A stretch of 64,000 nt of DNA from Vicugna vicugna (lineage: Eukaryota): positions 62,001-126,000 of the forward strand of contig MU058839.1 of the NCBI GenBank assembly GCA_013265495.1, given 5' to 3'. The translations under genes and the position numbers were made by a program. The notes below the pieces were generated by a model that did not search any database, was not told where the DNA came from, and was given only the letters and a program-made list of their open reading frames with translations. Positions 1-14,435 of this stretch are shown here, one piece after another. Within the stretch, counting starts at the first letter, position 1; each line of letters starts with the position of its first letter.

Positions 1-767
1 TTTTTTAAAAATGGAGAACAGGTAGTAAGGTATAAGTTATATTGAGTAGCTCTCTCTATTTCCCTGATTTCCCAATAACACTTCATGGCTTTCTTTTCTT
101 TCTTTCCTCCCTCTCACTATAAATATCAGAGCTGATGACTGACTTTTATTGCTGCCTTTCATGCATACTCCTCAGGCTTGCAAATCAGCTCTTGATTCCG
201 GGAATCATCTCCCTGTCTCCTGCCCTTGCTCGCAGTTTTCTAATGGGGCTAAGGGGCCACAAAAGGATCCACATTGTACAGCGCCTTGATTTGAATAGTA
301 AAACTTGAAGGGTGGACGTTAGATTCGTTGCATCAGCTCATTTCAGTCCCCTTGGTGCGTGGTACAAGGCAGCCACCCCTGGAACATTTTGCCTATGGAG
401 AAGATGACGAAAGGGCAACCTGGCAGGTGACAAAAATGGGGAAGAAAATAGAAGTGTTTGCAGAAAGCCTTCCTGCAAGCAGAAATTCTACTCCCTACTT
501 CAAATAGTGTTATTCTTTTAAAATAACATTTCAAGATACTTTATCTTTCTAAAATGAGTTATCTTGCCTAATAATGGTCCAGTGTAACATTCTAGTATAT
601 CTATTCTCTAACCTCATAGTACTTGACACTCACATTCTTGTTCTGACTGATCAAAACGTCTGAAGCATGTTTAGTGGATATATTGGTGGGGGTGTGTGTA
701 TATACACACATATACATCCAAATATTATGTTAATTTAGAAATAGAAGAATGAAATAATTAACCATGA

Positions 768-820
768 TAATTAGCATTTTTGAGAACATACTATGTGCCA
801 GGGCCTGTACTGAGCACTTG

Positions 821-852
<32 letters not shown>

Positions 853-1015
853 AACTCTGTCTCTCTCTCTTACACACACACACACACACTCACATACATA
901 TTCTCATTTAATGTAATCTGAGGTAGAAACTATTACCAGTTCCATTTTCCAGGTAAGAAAACTGAGGCACGAAGATGTTAAGTGACTTGGTTAGGATCAC
1001 ATAGCTGAAAGTATC
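768..1015 (-). mobile_element. MIR SINE interrupted by a (CT)n(CA)n microsatellite
   Basis: cattttccaggtaagaaaactgaggcac...gttaagtgacttgg..aggatcacatagct is the reverse complement of the MIR core. Confidence 0.75.
821..890. repeat. Compound (CT)n(CA)n microsatellite
   Basis: Directly visible. Confidence 0.95.
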
Positions 1016-1249
1016 AGAGGGAGGCATATAATCGAAGGCATGGATTTTTTTTTTTTTTGCCTAAAATTGAGGTGCTGTGCACAGTCCAACAACTGACGCA
1101 ACGTGTTTGTTCTTCGGAAACTTGGTTCTAAATATCAACTAAACTTGCCAAACTTCTAAATTTTGTGACATTTCTGTTCTCTCAAAAAGGGTAAGTTCTT
1201 AGAATTATAGCTCCTGGAAACAAACATTTAAACCTCAGGCTCTTGGACT

Positions 1250-1420
1250 AAGCTGGCCAATATGATAGCACATTGGCTATTAAAATTAAAATTAAACTAA
1301 ATTAATTTAAGGCCCCCAGCTGCATTTGCCACATTTCAAATGCTCAGTAGCAGCATGTGTCTCGTGGATACTCTGCTAGCCAGCACAGCTATGGGACATT
1401 TCCACCATAGTAGCAATGCT
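1250..1420. mobile_element. hAT-Charlie MITE remnant (MER3/MER33-like)
   Basis: gccacatttcaaatgctcagtagcagcatgtg...cagcacagctatgggacatttccaccat resembles MER3. Confidence 0.6.
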
Positions 1421-1504
1421 GCCCAAGGAGACAAGTAACTGAGGAGATACAAGAGAGTAAATGATCCTTGAGTTCCTTCTAGAAAAGGCACTAACGTGTG
1501 TTTC

Positions 1505-1880
1505 CAAAGAAAACATTTACTGAGTGCCCACTCTTGGCTAGGCACAGTGCTAGGTGCTGAGGGTACATTGATCGATATGGATCAATGAGGTAGACATGAT
1601 CTCTGCCCTTCCTGGAACTCACAGTCTCTTGAGCCAGTCACCAGGGTAAGCACTGCTGTGATGGGAGGTCTAACATGCTGGGAGACAGAAAACCTAGAAG
1701 ATGCAGGTTTAGGGGTCAGGTAAGGCTTTCTGGGGGAGAGAGGAATCTAAACGAAGGCCTTGATTGTGAGAAGACTTATGAAACAAATACAAGAGGAAAA
1801 ATGTTCCCAGTTGAAGGAACATCCCGTGTGAAGATCCTTACAGGGGAGAGAGCATGCCATGCTTTGGAAGAGTTTAAAGT
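1505..1880 (-). mobile_element. LINE-2 3' fragment
   Basis: aaacatttactgagtgcc...ggcacagtgctaggtgctg...ctgcccttcctggaactcacagtct is typical antisense L2 3' end. Confidence 0.65.
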
Positions 1881-3289
1881 TGTCAGTAAAGTTACTTTCT
1901 TAATTCCGTTTCTTAGGATCAGAGCTTGAATTAAAAAGAAAAAAATTTTTTGCATTGTCCAAGTTACAGAGGGAAGGCAGTAGAGAAAGAAAAAGCAGAG
2001 GGTAGTTCAGAACAGGTATGCAGGAGCCAAAAGTGGCTAGTGGCTACCCCCACCCCCCACCACACTCCAGGTGCTACCCCTACCCACTGCCACACTCAAG
2101 GTGCTGCAATATGCAGAATGTGTGTGGACAGCAGGGTTGGAATGATGACAACAACATGGCAGCCACTTTAGAGGAAGGGCGTGTGCCTGATACCATGCTG
2201 GGCAGTTCACTAGCGTTATTTTACCAAATCCTCATCATAAACCTAGCTCCTTTTCCTACATTTACATGATTCAAAATTGGTAGCATAATCCATGAGATAG
2301 AACAACCTGAACTCATGAACTCCTTACTTATTTGCTGAAATAGCAGGCTATACAGGGTCTCCAGTTACTGTTTCTTCCCTGCCCCAGGCTAGTACCACCT
2401 GAGATTACCAGGTAGACGAACGATTTAGCTGACATGAAGACAGACATGGAAGCAAAGCCAAAGAGTAGAACTAAGAAAACTTGTGCTGTAGAGAAATTAG
2501 TTTGCACCAAACTAAAAGTAAAGTATAACCGCCCCCCACAAAAAAAACAAGTGACTAAGGGAAATGCCCTCTCTTTCAGAACTAATTCACATAATGATTA
2601 ACCATTTTCTAATACTGATTAACCCCCATAAAAGAATTTGGGGTTTTAGAATTTTCCAGAAAAGTACTAAACTAGGAACACTTGTATTTGTCGTCTTATC
2701 CAGGAACATTCAGACTGACTCAAAACATTTATGACTTAACAGTGAGATAGTTCAAGCCAACTTTCTTCACAAACTTCCCTCTAAGATTGCTTCAATCTGT
2801 TGAAGACTGTTTTATGACTCAACCCAGCTAAAATTTCAGCAGCGCATATCTTCAGATAAAATGCTTCATTCACATCAAGCAGTAATTAAATGTGCAGGGC
2901 ATGAAATAAGCAGCAAGTTTGGCTTCAGAGCTGTCTTGCAATCTGTAAGCATTCCAAGATAGACCATATGCCTTTAAATCTAGATGACTGCATACGTATG
3001 CAAGAGAAAGCCAACTGCCATTTCTACACAAGAGTCATCAAAAGATGAAAAAAGACAGATTTATATTGCTTGACTGATGAACGTATGTTAATATATATGT
3101 CCACTGAGACTTGGTAAACTGCCTTTAACTTTCCCTTTTGTGTTCCTGATTCAGTTTTACTAGAGAAAACATTCAAACTGACAACTCAAACCAGCATTAT
3201 TCTTAAGTAGCTCATTGCAATGGACTGGGGTAGCTGTGTGGAAAGACAGATGTTTTGTTTCTCTAGCAAGTGTTGCCACCCTCTTCTTA

Positions 3290-3650
3290 TGGTTTTTTAA
3301 AGAAACTTCTCCCACTCCACCACTGTGCCACCCTGGCTCCTGAACACGCTTGCCATGCCTGGGTAGTGGCATTGGGAATTCATTCAATCATGGACATGTG
3401 ATTTATGCGACATGTCTCTGTGTGAGTCTTCCTTGGGATTGCACAGACATGGGGAGGAGCAGTCTTCCATCCATGGGCTTGCTCAGCCAGGAGGATGTCA
3501 GAATAGAGCCGCTGATGTCATATTGCTACCAAATGAAGAGAGCCTGTGTGAGAACAGTCAAGCAGAGACAAGCAGAACTGGAAGATAGAGACAGAGTCCT
3601 GACTGCATTGTTTGGGCCCCTGGATTTCTTCATGTCCGATGTCACTTTAT
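3290..3650. mobile_element. Old MaLR LTR (MLT1-type)
   Basis: gagagcctgtgtgagaa...gagacagagtcctgactgcattgtttgggcccctggat resembles MLT1H/I/J. Confidence 0.5.
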
Positions 3651-6554
3651 AAGTATTGAATGAGTTAAGCAGTGTCTGGCAACCCAGGAGTTGCTCAATA
3701 AATATTATTTCCCATTTCTTTTCCTCCCTCTTTGACTTTGGCAGCTGCCAGACAAGGATTCAAACCATCTTTGGCAGCCAGCACTTCTGTCTCTTGCTTT
3801 TAGAGGAAAGCCAATAAGACAGACTGGAAAATGATGAGCACAAAGTCGGCATCCTAGAACAAAGCAAGCTTCCTCTGCATCTGACAGATACCTCTTTGGA
3901 AACAGACATTCTTTGCTCAGTGTACTTTCATAGCTCAGAAAAAAAGCCCAGCCATAATCAAGGTGGGACAAAAATGACATTTTATTTCCTAGGGAAAGGA
4001 GATGACTCAGTCAAACCATGAAGTGGAACCTACTACAGGAAGCAGGCTACATAAGCACCTCAGAATGCAGTTTTCCAATGGACAGTTGTATGAAGGTGCC
4101 AATCTGCTGTGGTTGGCTATTTGCCAGTGGTACCATTATGTAGAAAGCAGGCAATCCAGAGTGTTAAAAATATAGAACTTAGCAACTTGACACTGTGTTT
4201 AGCTTCATGAAAACCAGACATTGTGGTGGTAATTAGTGCTCAATATTAAATGATCTAAAATTCAGGCAAGATAGGACAAGTAAAACCATCACTACTGAAT
4301 GATGTTTGCAAAATATGCATCCTCTCATCCCTGCGCAGTTGTGCAGATAAACTATTTGCTTGCACAGTAAATGCTGGTGGTTGATTATCAAATTGGCTTG
4401 TTTATGTGATGCAATCTGTGTAGTACGAAAATCTTAAAGGTAATTTCTGAGACCGTATGTTTGTGATATTTTCAGACTCAATAAGCAGTGTCATAAAAAT
4501 CATAGAATTTAGAACTGGAATGGATCTTATAGATGAAAAAAGCCAAGGCTCAGAAAAGTTTAGTGAGTTACTAAATGGCAAGGTGGGGACCTCAAGCCAT
4601 GTCTTTTGGTTTTCAGTTGGACATCTCTCCGTCATACAGCACTGTCTCATAGATGATCACACAGAACATGAGAATAGGGAAGGATCCTTTAAATCATCTG
4701 GTCCAACCTGCTCGTTTACAAGTAAGGAAATGGGGCCCAGAGATGAAGCTCTTACCAAAGTGTAGAAGGAAACTAGGTAAAATTTATTGACTCCTGGACC
4801 AGTGCTCCCTCCTCGTTGCCATGGATAAGTATGATTTATCGAACTTAGTTGTCATCCCACCATTTAATTTCTCTCAAAGGGCAAACAAATAAACAAGCAC
4901 CCAGTCATCACCAGAGAAATCTGGCAGGGGGTGAAGTCTGGCAATAAAAATCTTTTAGAGAAACAGGGTCTCTTAGTCAGGTAAGCGTGTGGTGAAGTAT
5001 AAATAAACATATAAATAAACTGAGCTGAAGGACTATAGTCTACCAGGTGCATTGTGGTGTTTTACTTTTCCCGTAGTCACTGAGATCTAGCGGCTGCGGC
5101 TATTTCTGATACTGAAACCTTCCTAACTTCAATAAGGTAGCCTTTAAATGGCCTGCAGCATCAAGTCTCTTCTCGGTTCCTGGTTCCTAATTTCCTCTGA
5201 TATGGTGGATGGGGTTAAGCAGTGAGTATTTGAGTTGTTGTTATAGTTTAAAGTTCAGTGCTTTGTAAATTCCTGTAGGATATGTGTATACCAAGTAGAG
5301 TCTGCATAACTGTAAATAAGTCTCAGCCTCTCTCTTTCCCATTGTACCTCACCCCGCTGACTCTCTCTCTTTCTGAAAATTAGAAGAGCTAAGTCATTCT
5401 ATCTAAGGAAGAGGGGGAAGGTGAGAAGCAAGCCTCTGAGTTGCCTGTCCGCCTACAGAAGAACATTAACATTGTTAATCAGCATTACAGGCTTGGCTCT
5501 GCTTCCCAGGAAAGTGGTTGGTAGGATATAAAATGTTTTAATCCTTTCCAAGCAATGTTATCCTTGGTGATAGCCAGGAAGGAGGGATTTTTTTTTCTTT
5601 TCATTTATACTTTTTAGCAATCCTGTACAGTGCTGAGTTACTAATAATAAGAACCAAAATTGTCGTCAAATAATGTCAAGTCAGATTAAAGAGGAATCAT
5701 CAACTGCTTGCTCTGTGCCCAACCTTGTGCTAAATCCTATCAGAGAGACAAAAAATAATGTTGTCTTTCCCCTTGAAGAGTTCACCATCTTCTTAGAACA
5801 ATATTTAGTAACAAAAACAATAAAGTGTTGCTCTCCCTTAAGTATAGTTAATTCTAGTATGTATGACCCTTATCCAGTGGGGCATGACTCATGGAAGCAG
5901 TCAGAAGGACAGGGAGGAAAAGAAGGCTCTGATGAACCCAGGATGAACACTAGGGCTGTTTCACATGAACTCGTGGGTGAAGTCATCTCTGTTTCTTTTC
6001 TCTTGTTTGCTTTGGCTTCCTGCAACCAAGACTCTTGAGACTGCAGTCTGTTACGGAAAGTGGTGGTCTCAAAGCCTCAGAGAGATGGTATGAAAGAGCC
6101 CCTTGGTAATCTTGCTCAAAACACCATCAGCCTCAGACCGAGGCTTGTTACGGATCTGAACAGGTGCTTTCCTCTGAACCTGAGTGATAAGCCTTAGATC
6201 AAACCTACTCTCTTGACTCTCTCATTATGAAGAATGAGAATGTGTATTTTGTTGTTTTTGTTTCCCTTATTTTTTATTTCCCCAGCCCACACTTTCACTT
6301 TTATGCAGATAATTCCCTTGGGGTCCACCCTATTTGTTCTTCAGTTATATCCTGATTTATCTGAGTCTTGGGTAAACAAAACTGAGGCAGCAGTGACAAC
6401 CCTTAAACAAAGAATAATAGTCAATCAACCCATAAATCCTGTTGGAACAAAGTAGATGGCAGATTAGCTGTACCTGCCAGCAATCTGTTCTAAACTGCTT
6501 AGCCCACACTCCGTTACGGTTACAGACTTTGGAGATGGACTCAAGATAGTGGGG

Positions 6555-6735
6555 GTTCCCAAATAAGTTAGTTAACTTCTCAGAGTCTCTGCTTCCTTAT
6601 CTCTAAAATAGAAGCAATAATAATCCTACCTCCTAAAGATGTCAGGAGGATTAAATGTGGTACCCCATGCAAGGTACTAAATACTGTGCTTGGCCCATGG
6701 GTGAATAAACAATTTGGGCTTTTATTTTTATCATT
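6555..6735 (+). mobile_element. MIR SINE
   Basis: aagttagttaacttctcagagtctctgcttccttatctctaaaatag...gaggattaaatg. Confidence 0.65.
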
Positions 6736-9092
6736 ATCCTTAACACTGATCTGGATGCTCTTTCTGGTTCAATTTTACTGTATCAAAAACTGTTGGAAGT
6801 AAATCATTGTGCTCTGCCATTAGTAAGAGAAGAGGGAATGCTGAATTCAGGCACAGTCCTGTAACAGTTAAACCTTAACAAAACTTTAATTGTTCAGTCA
6901 GTAGTATAGTCATACCAAATGCTAAAAATAGCAGCAAAGCGCCTACTGCTCCTCACCCTAAGAAATCAATTATTTTGTTTCTATGTTCTTTTTCAAGTTT
7001 GTCCATCATGAAACATAATTTTACAGTCACACATTTAACAGTGTAGATCCATTCAAAACGCAAGTAAATCTTCTGATGAGCAATTATCAATGCTTACTAA
7101 GTACCAGGCACTATTCTAAGATGCTGGGAACATAAAGAAGGAAACACCTTGAAAATTTACAGGCAGTCAAAATTAAATATTGGATTTTGTTTTGGTAGTG
7201 TATATTTTCCCCCATAGCATAAGGATTTTCACATGTTGCTACAAAGGAATAGAGAAAGAGTCAAGAAACAAAAGATAATACATATTTCAGGGCTGGTAGT
7301 AAATAGAGCAATGACTGGAGAATGCCTGACCAACCCATATAATAGCTGAGCATTTTCCAAGAAGCATGGGAATATCCATTTATGTTACAGAAAAGGTAAA
7401 AAAATTAGAGTGATAATTTTTTAAAAGGAGTTCACATAACACATGCATCATAGGATAGTTGCAATAGTGATGACTTAAGAAATAAGTAGAAATAAAGAGA
7501 CAATAAATGTATGAAAAGGAACAGCGTATGAAATTGAGGCCATTAAGGAAATGAAAGAGAGAAAAGAAAACTCAGAAACTTAAAGACAAAATCATTCACA
7601 TTCACTATTAGCTAAACATTGGTAGGTACCACAAAATGTGGAATGTCAACCAGAAAAGAGAAATCTGTCTACCAATAGAAAGGTAAGAAGTCAATTTCAG
7701 TCTTTAAAAAAAAATTATGTAACACTCAAAAGCAACAACAAAAAACTCTACAAAAATAAATGAGATAAGTGGGAGGCACTTGGCGCATTTTGCAGGAGAT
7801 TTTGTGAATCCTTCTTTTAAACACTGAATTATCTTGCTGCTATTACTGCATTTCTTATGGGAATCACACAGACAATTATGCAATGTGCCCAGGCTAAGCT
7901 GAGGTCTTTCTGATCCATGGCCTTTCTGGTAAGCATTTGTTGTCATCAAAAAGAAAATTGTGTAACTGGTCATCAGAATAATCTGTTTTCCTAAATCTTA
8001 GCAAACTCTCACCCAGAAATGAAAGCATAAGTGTATTTTACTGACAGAAGTAGTGATGCTGGGAAGGTTAGTGCTTTAGTTAACTGGTTTACAGAACACT
8101 GGTAGAGAAGCAGAATATGAATCTTTGTTGGTACAGAGGCTAGCATGGGGTGGATATTGGTGAATTTCGAGTCTTTCCTCTGGTCATTTGATGTTTATTG
8201 CTCAATAATAGGATGGACAATTTAATTGATGTCAATCATTTTATTAAAAATAATCTAGCCAAAAAAACTCAAAATGTCTTAAATGTTAATAAATTGAAGA
8301 CTAAGAATTCTCATACAGCTAATGCAATGCCATACTAATAAGCTATTAAGATAACATGTAAACACAAATGTATTTAAATATTTTACAGAAATCACGTAAA
8401 TAATTAGGGTGATAGGTAAGATATAGATACTCAAGATATAGAAAGATATTCAAGATATCTATTTATTGAAAAAATAATTCTAGTTATATAATGATACTAT
8501 ATGTATACACATATCTTTTTTAAAGTGAAAATGCATATTTAATATAATTATTTCTGGAAGGATACACAGAGATTGTGAACAGTAACTACTTCTAGAAGTG
8601 AGACTGTAGTGAGAGGTGTATTTGTGCTTTTCAATGTTTATACATATTCATATTCTTTGAATTTTTACACATGAAAATGAATTACCATAATAGTAAGCTA
8701 GTTTAAAACTGAGAAAAATTTAATAAAAAATTGTATGGTTAATGGTAAATATCAAGTATATCTAAGAAAACAAACTGAAAATTAATAAAGGGATATCATT
8801 CTTTGGAGAAAAAAGTGAGATAAATAATTTTCAATAGAAATAAATTTATCTCATGATTCTAAAATAAAACAACCAGAAAATAAATGCTAAACAAAACAGT
8901 AAACACATTAGTTGACATGTGTTAACAGCACTAAATTGTAACCAAAGCTGTGAAGCTAATGGTTCCCTTTCAGTCAGTTACTTTAATTATCAAGAATCAA
9001 ATATATAAATGAAACTTTTCTCAAAGAACTTTATGAGTCTCTCCATGAATATGCATCTGAAAGACAGCAGGCCTCTTCCCTTCTTCATAACC

Positions 9093-9112
9093 ACACACAC
9101 ACACACACACAC
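9093..9112. repeat. (CA)n microsatellite
   Basis: Directly visible. Confidence 0.95.
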
Positions 9113-10119
9113 AGTTCTGCTGTGCAAAGTCAACAGATGCTCACTACTGAAGGGAAATTTAATTTCATGACTCACTTAAAATATCAACATCTAAATGTAG
9201 ACATTCCTTTCATTGGAAAAACTGCTGTGACCATACCTTTCTATGGTAAAGACAAGTTCAAAGGGATGTATACATTTTTGGAGTGTGTCAAATGGCAATT
9301 TAACAGGTGGTACTTGTGAACGATAGGCTTTGGGGTAAGAGGAGCTCCCTCCTTGCTTTACTCATTCTGAGGCACATCATACCTGTTATCAGATGTGTCT
9401 ATTGCTTCACTCCTTTCAGTATTTATATTAATATCACAAGGGATTCTTGTAATGCCAAACTTTGTGATGACAATGAAAGAGGCAAAGTAAGAATGCCTGA
9501 ATCCACACTGGGGAATGAATATACCAGATCATAAATAGGTAATTAGGCATACAGATACTATCTGGCTCTGTCATTAACCTCAAATCTTTCTCATTAAAGC
9601 ACTGGTGAAGCCTTGAGCCTGGTTGCATTTGGATCCTCACCTTCTTCCATGTCTTCCACTGAGCCTCATCCACATACTTTAACTGTTATCAGTAACTACC
9701 CTTATTAATGATGATTCTTGTTACCATTTATTGTGAACCTAGTATATGTTGAGCACTGCGCCAACCACATTGCATATATTTTCTGTATTATTATCACTCC
9801 ACAAGGAAGTAAGGGCTCAGAGAGGGCACACAGTTCATAACTGTCAAAGCTAAGATGGGAACCTTGGTGTACCAGTTAGGGTTCTGGGTTGCAAACAATA
9901 GTTCTGATCCTGGTTAACATAACGCAGAAGAGTGATTTATTGAAAAGACATCAGAGATCTCACCTCTATGTGTATCCTGCCAGAAATTATATATATGTAT
10001 TTTTCTTTTTAAAAAAGGTATTATATTATGCTGGAGAAGGAGGCTCAAAACTGAGCAAAGGAACAAAGAGAAGGCTAGGAAGTCAGAAGCTCAGCCCAAG
10101 TCATGCCACTTGCTTGCAA

Positions 10120-10465
10120 TAGAAAAAGAAATGGAGACAGTGAATGGCCACCCAGGGGAGTGGATGAATAAATTACAGTGGAATAGACTGAATATAATGC
10201 AGCCATTAATTGAAGTGAATAAACCTCTCCCTGGTACCTTGGATAGATTTTCATAAGGAATTGTTGAGTGAGAAAAGCATGATGCACAAAAGTATTTATA
10301 CCGGAAGTGGTTGGCTAAGGTGGGAATGGTGGCAAGGCAGGAGTATGAGGGTTGATGAATCAAACAAAAACAGCAAAGGAAAGATACACTATGTGTATAT
10401 GATTATATTTCTGTGTTTCTGTGAAGTTGTGCTTATGTATAATACATGTAATAAATAATTTTTTA
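10120..10465 (+). mobile_element. Old L1M (L1MC/ME-type) 3' end fragment
   Basis: gagtggatgaataaattacagtg...gaatataatgcagccatt...ttgttgagtgagaaaagca. Confidence 0.55.
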
Positions 10466-10612
10466 AATGCTAAAGGAATGGTGTAGTTAGGATTCTGTAA
10501 CTGCTGCTACTGCCATGATCAACATGAGGTCTCTGCATCTGTACTTTCTCTGCATTTTTTGCTCCAGAAGAAGGACATCTAAGATAGAGAGCATTGGACT
10601 GGATCTGGGTAA

Positions 10613-11027
10613 GTGTATTAGTCAGCTCAGGTGTGTAACAAAACACCACAGGCTGTGTGACTTCAACAACAGGTATTTACTTCTCATAGTCCTGCAGGCT
10701 GGAAGTCCAAGATCAAGGTTGGACCAAATCAGGTTCTATAAGACCTCCCTTCCTGGCTTGCAAACAACTTCCATCTTAGAGTATCTTCACATGACCTCCT
10801 CTTTGTGTGTCTGCAGAGATCTCTCTCTCTCTTTCCCTTTCTCCCTCCCTTTCCCCCTTTTCACCTTCCCTCCTTCCTTCTTTTTCTTCGTCTTCTTATA
10901 AGGACACTAGTCCTATTAGATTTGAGCCTCACTCTTATTTCATTTAACCTTAATAATTACCTCCTAAAGATCCTACCTCCAAATACTTCAACACATGAAT
11001 TTTGTGGCACACAATTCAGTCAGTATC
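10613..11027 (-). mobile_element. MaLR solo LTR (MLT1A/B/C-like)
   Basis: tgtattagtcagctc...aacaaaacaccacaggct...gcaggctggaagtccaagatcaagg...cacaattcagtcagtatca. Confidence 0.75.
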
Positions 11028-11197
11028 AGTGAACCAGCTTCCTTATTTATTTTTTTTCCATCATGGGTGTCTAGGCCTGACTTCACTAGACTTATACATG
11101 CAGTAGCCAATTCTCCAGACAGAAAAGTGTTTGGCAGGATGGAGAAAGACACTTGACAAATCTGCAAATGTCTGACTTCAAAACCTATGCAAACTTA

Positions 11198-13935
11198 GAT
11201 ATATTTAAAGTCCTAAATGAGAACAATCTGCAACCTAGGATACTCTACCCAGCAAGACTATACTTTAGAATAGGAGAGATAAAGAATTTCACAGACAAGC
11301 AAAACTAAAATAATTCAATAATACTAAGCCTATCCTAAAAGAAATATTGAAAGGTCTGTTCTAAATAGAAAAGAAGCAGGAAGCTATAGAAAAGAGAAAA
11401 CCATAATTGGAAATGTGATAACTACAATGAGCTGCTAGAGAATAAGCATGAAGATGTAAAAGAGGACATCAAAATCATAAAAGGTGGGAGAGAAGAGCAA
11501 GAAAATGTAGATTTTCTTCTTGTTCTTTGTAGGTTGTGTTCGAGCCTATATGACTACCAGTCTAAAGCAAACAGATATGGTAATGAGTTAATATACTTGA
11601 AAAATAGAGTAACTATGAAATCAAATGCATACAATAGGGTCACAAAAACAAAAACAAAAACAAACAAAACCAAGCCAATACAAAAGAAAATTATCAACCA
11701 TAAGAAGAAAAAGAAAGGAAAAAAGAAAAAATACCAAATCAACTGGAAAACAAAATTTAAAATGGCAGTAAACACACATCTATCAATTACTGTAAATGTC
11801 AATGGACCAAATGCTCCAATCAAAAGATACAGAGTGGCATATTGGATAATAAAACCAGAACCTACCATATTCTGCCTACAAGAGACCCACTTTAGGATGA
11901 AGGACACACATAGATTGAAAGTGAGAGTATGAGAAAATATTTCATGCAAATGGAAATTATAAGAAAGCAGGAGTAGCAATTCTCATATCAGACAAAGTAG
12001 ATTTTAAAACAAAGGCCATAAAGAAAGATAAAGAAGAACAGTAAATAATGATAAAAGGAGCAATACAAGAAGAGGATATTATACTCATTAATATATGCAC
12101 CCAATATGGGAGCACCTAAATAAATAAAACAAATACTAACAGGCAAAAAGATAGAAATTGACTAGAGCACAATAATAGTAGGAGACTTTAACACCTCATT
12201 ACAATCATTGGACAGATCTTCCAGACAGAAAACAATAAGGCAACAAAGATACTAAATGACTCAATAGAACAGCTGGACTTGGTTGATATTTTTAGGACAT
12301 TATATCCCCAAAAAGCAGAATATACATTCTTCTCAAGTGCCCATGGAACATTCTCTAGGATAGACAACATACTCAGACAAAAAAAGAAGCCTCAACAAAT
12401 TTAAGAGAATAGAAATTATTTCAAGTGTCTTTTCTGACCACAATGCCATGAAACTAGAAATCAACCACAGAGAAACAAACAAGAAAAAAATGACTGTGTG
12501 GAGAGTAAACAACATGCTACTAAAACACCGATGAGTCAATGATGAAACCAAAGAAGAAATTAAAAAATACTTTGAGATAAATGATAATGAAAGCACAACC
12601 ACAAAAGAAAAAAAAAATCTATGGAATGCAGCAAAGGCAATCCTAAGGGGAAAGTTCACAGCATTGCAGGCCTTCCTCAAACAAGACAAAACAAGAAAAA
12701 TCTCAAATAAACAACCTAACCTACCATTTAAAAGAATTAGAAAAAGAAAAACAAACAAAACCTAAAGTCAGCAGAAGGAAAGAAATAATCAAGATCAGAG
12801 AGGAAACAAATAAAATACAGAAAAAAAAATAGAAAAAAATCAATCAAACCAAGAGCTGGTTTTTTGAAAGAGTAAACAAAATTGACACACCTCTGGCCTG
12901 ACGCACCAAGAAGAAAAGAAAGAGGACACAAATAAGCAAAATAAGAAATTAAAATGGAGAATTTACAACCAACAGCACAGAAATATATATATAAAAAAAG
13001 AGAATAATATGAACAACTATATGGCAACAAATTGGACAACCTAGAAGAAATGGACAGGTTTCTAGGAACATACAGTCCACCAAAACTGAATCAAGAAGAA
13101 ACAGATCATTTGAACAGACCAATCACTAGAAGTGAAATAGAATCAGCAATTAAGAAAAACCTCCCTGCAAACAAAAAGTCCAGGACCTGATGGCTTCTCT
13201 GGGGAATTCTACCAAATATGCAAGGAGGAACTCATACCAGTCCTTCTCAAACTCTTCCAAAAGATTGAAGAGGAGGGAATACTCCCAAACTCATTCTATA
13301 AAGCCATCATCACCCCAATACCAAAACTAGATAAAGACACTATCAAAAAAGAAAATTACAAACCAATATCATTGATGAACATAAATGCAAAAATCCTCAA
13401 CAAAATATTTGCAGACAGAATCCCACAACACATAAAAGAGTTTGTATACCATGATCAAGTTGGATTCATCCCAGGGACACAAAGATGGTTCAACATACAC
13501 AAATCAATCAATGTGATACACCACATCAACAAAAGAAAGGACAAAAATCACATGATCATCTCAATAGATGCAGAAAAAGCATTTGATAAAATTCAATGCT
13601 CATTTATGCTAAAAACTCTTACCAAAGTGAGTATAGAGTATATATCTCAACATAATAAAAGCTATTTATGACAAACCCACAGCCAGCATAACACTCAATG
13701 ATGATAAGTTGAAAGCCTTCCCACTAACATCTGGAATAAGACAAGGATGCCCACTCGCACCACTTCTATTCAACATACTCTTGGAAGTCCTAGCCACAGC
13801 AGTCAGGCAAGAAAAAGAAATAAAAGGAATCCAAATTGGAAGAGAACAGGTTAAAATGTTACTATATGTGGATGACATGATATCGTATATAGAAAACCCG
13901 GAAGGCTCCACACCAAAACTACTGGAGCTGATAAA
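11198..13935 (+). mobile_element. LINE-1 fragment: end of ORF1, spacer, and ORF2 from endonuclease to the RT YVDD motif; disrupted and truncated at both ends
   Basis: ORF2 start MAVNTHLSITVNVNGPNAPIKR..CLQETH (~11762); RT motifs [35 protein letters not shown]; many stops and frameshifts. Confidence 0.95.
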
Positions 13936-13949
13936 AGACAAGACAAAGA

Positions 13950-14435
13950 AAACTTGTGGAAATATTCCAATGAAAGATTGATAACTAAAAGCAGTATTTG
14001 ATCCTAGCTTGGATCTCACAATGGGAGGAAAAAATGCTATAAAGATATTATTTTGTTAATGGGTAAAATTGACATATGGATGGTGGACTAGGTAAAAGTA
14101 TTGTTTCATTGTATATTTACTGAAGTTTAAAACCATATTGTAGTTATTTATATAAAAGAATGTCCTAATATTATGAAACATACACTGAAGTATTTAGGGA
14201 TAAAGAGCATGATGTTATCTATGTTACTCTCATATTGTTGACTGAAAAATATATTTTTATATATATATACATATATATTTAAATACATACAGTAGATAGG
14301 TAAGTTGAGAGAAAGCAAAAATGATAAAGCAATGGAGTAAAATATTAACAATTGGTGAATCTGGGTAAAGTGAATATTGGTATTTTCTGTAATATTTTTA
14401 TGCTTACATCTTTGTATAAATTATTTCCAACTAAA
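13950..14435 (+). mobile_element. Older L1M (L1MC/MD-like) 3' UTR fragment
   Basis: gaaacatacactgaagtatttagggataaagagcatgatg...aacaattggtgaatctgggtaaag...aaattatttccaactaaaaag. Confidence 0.65.
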
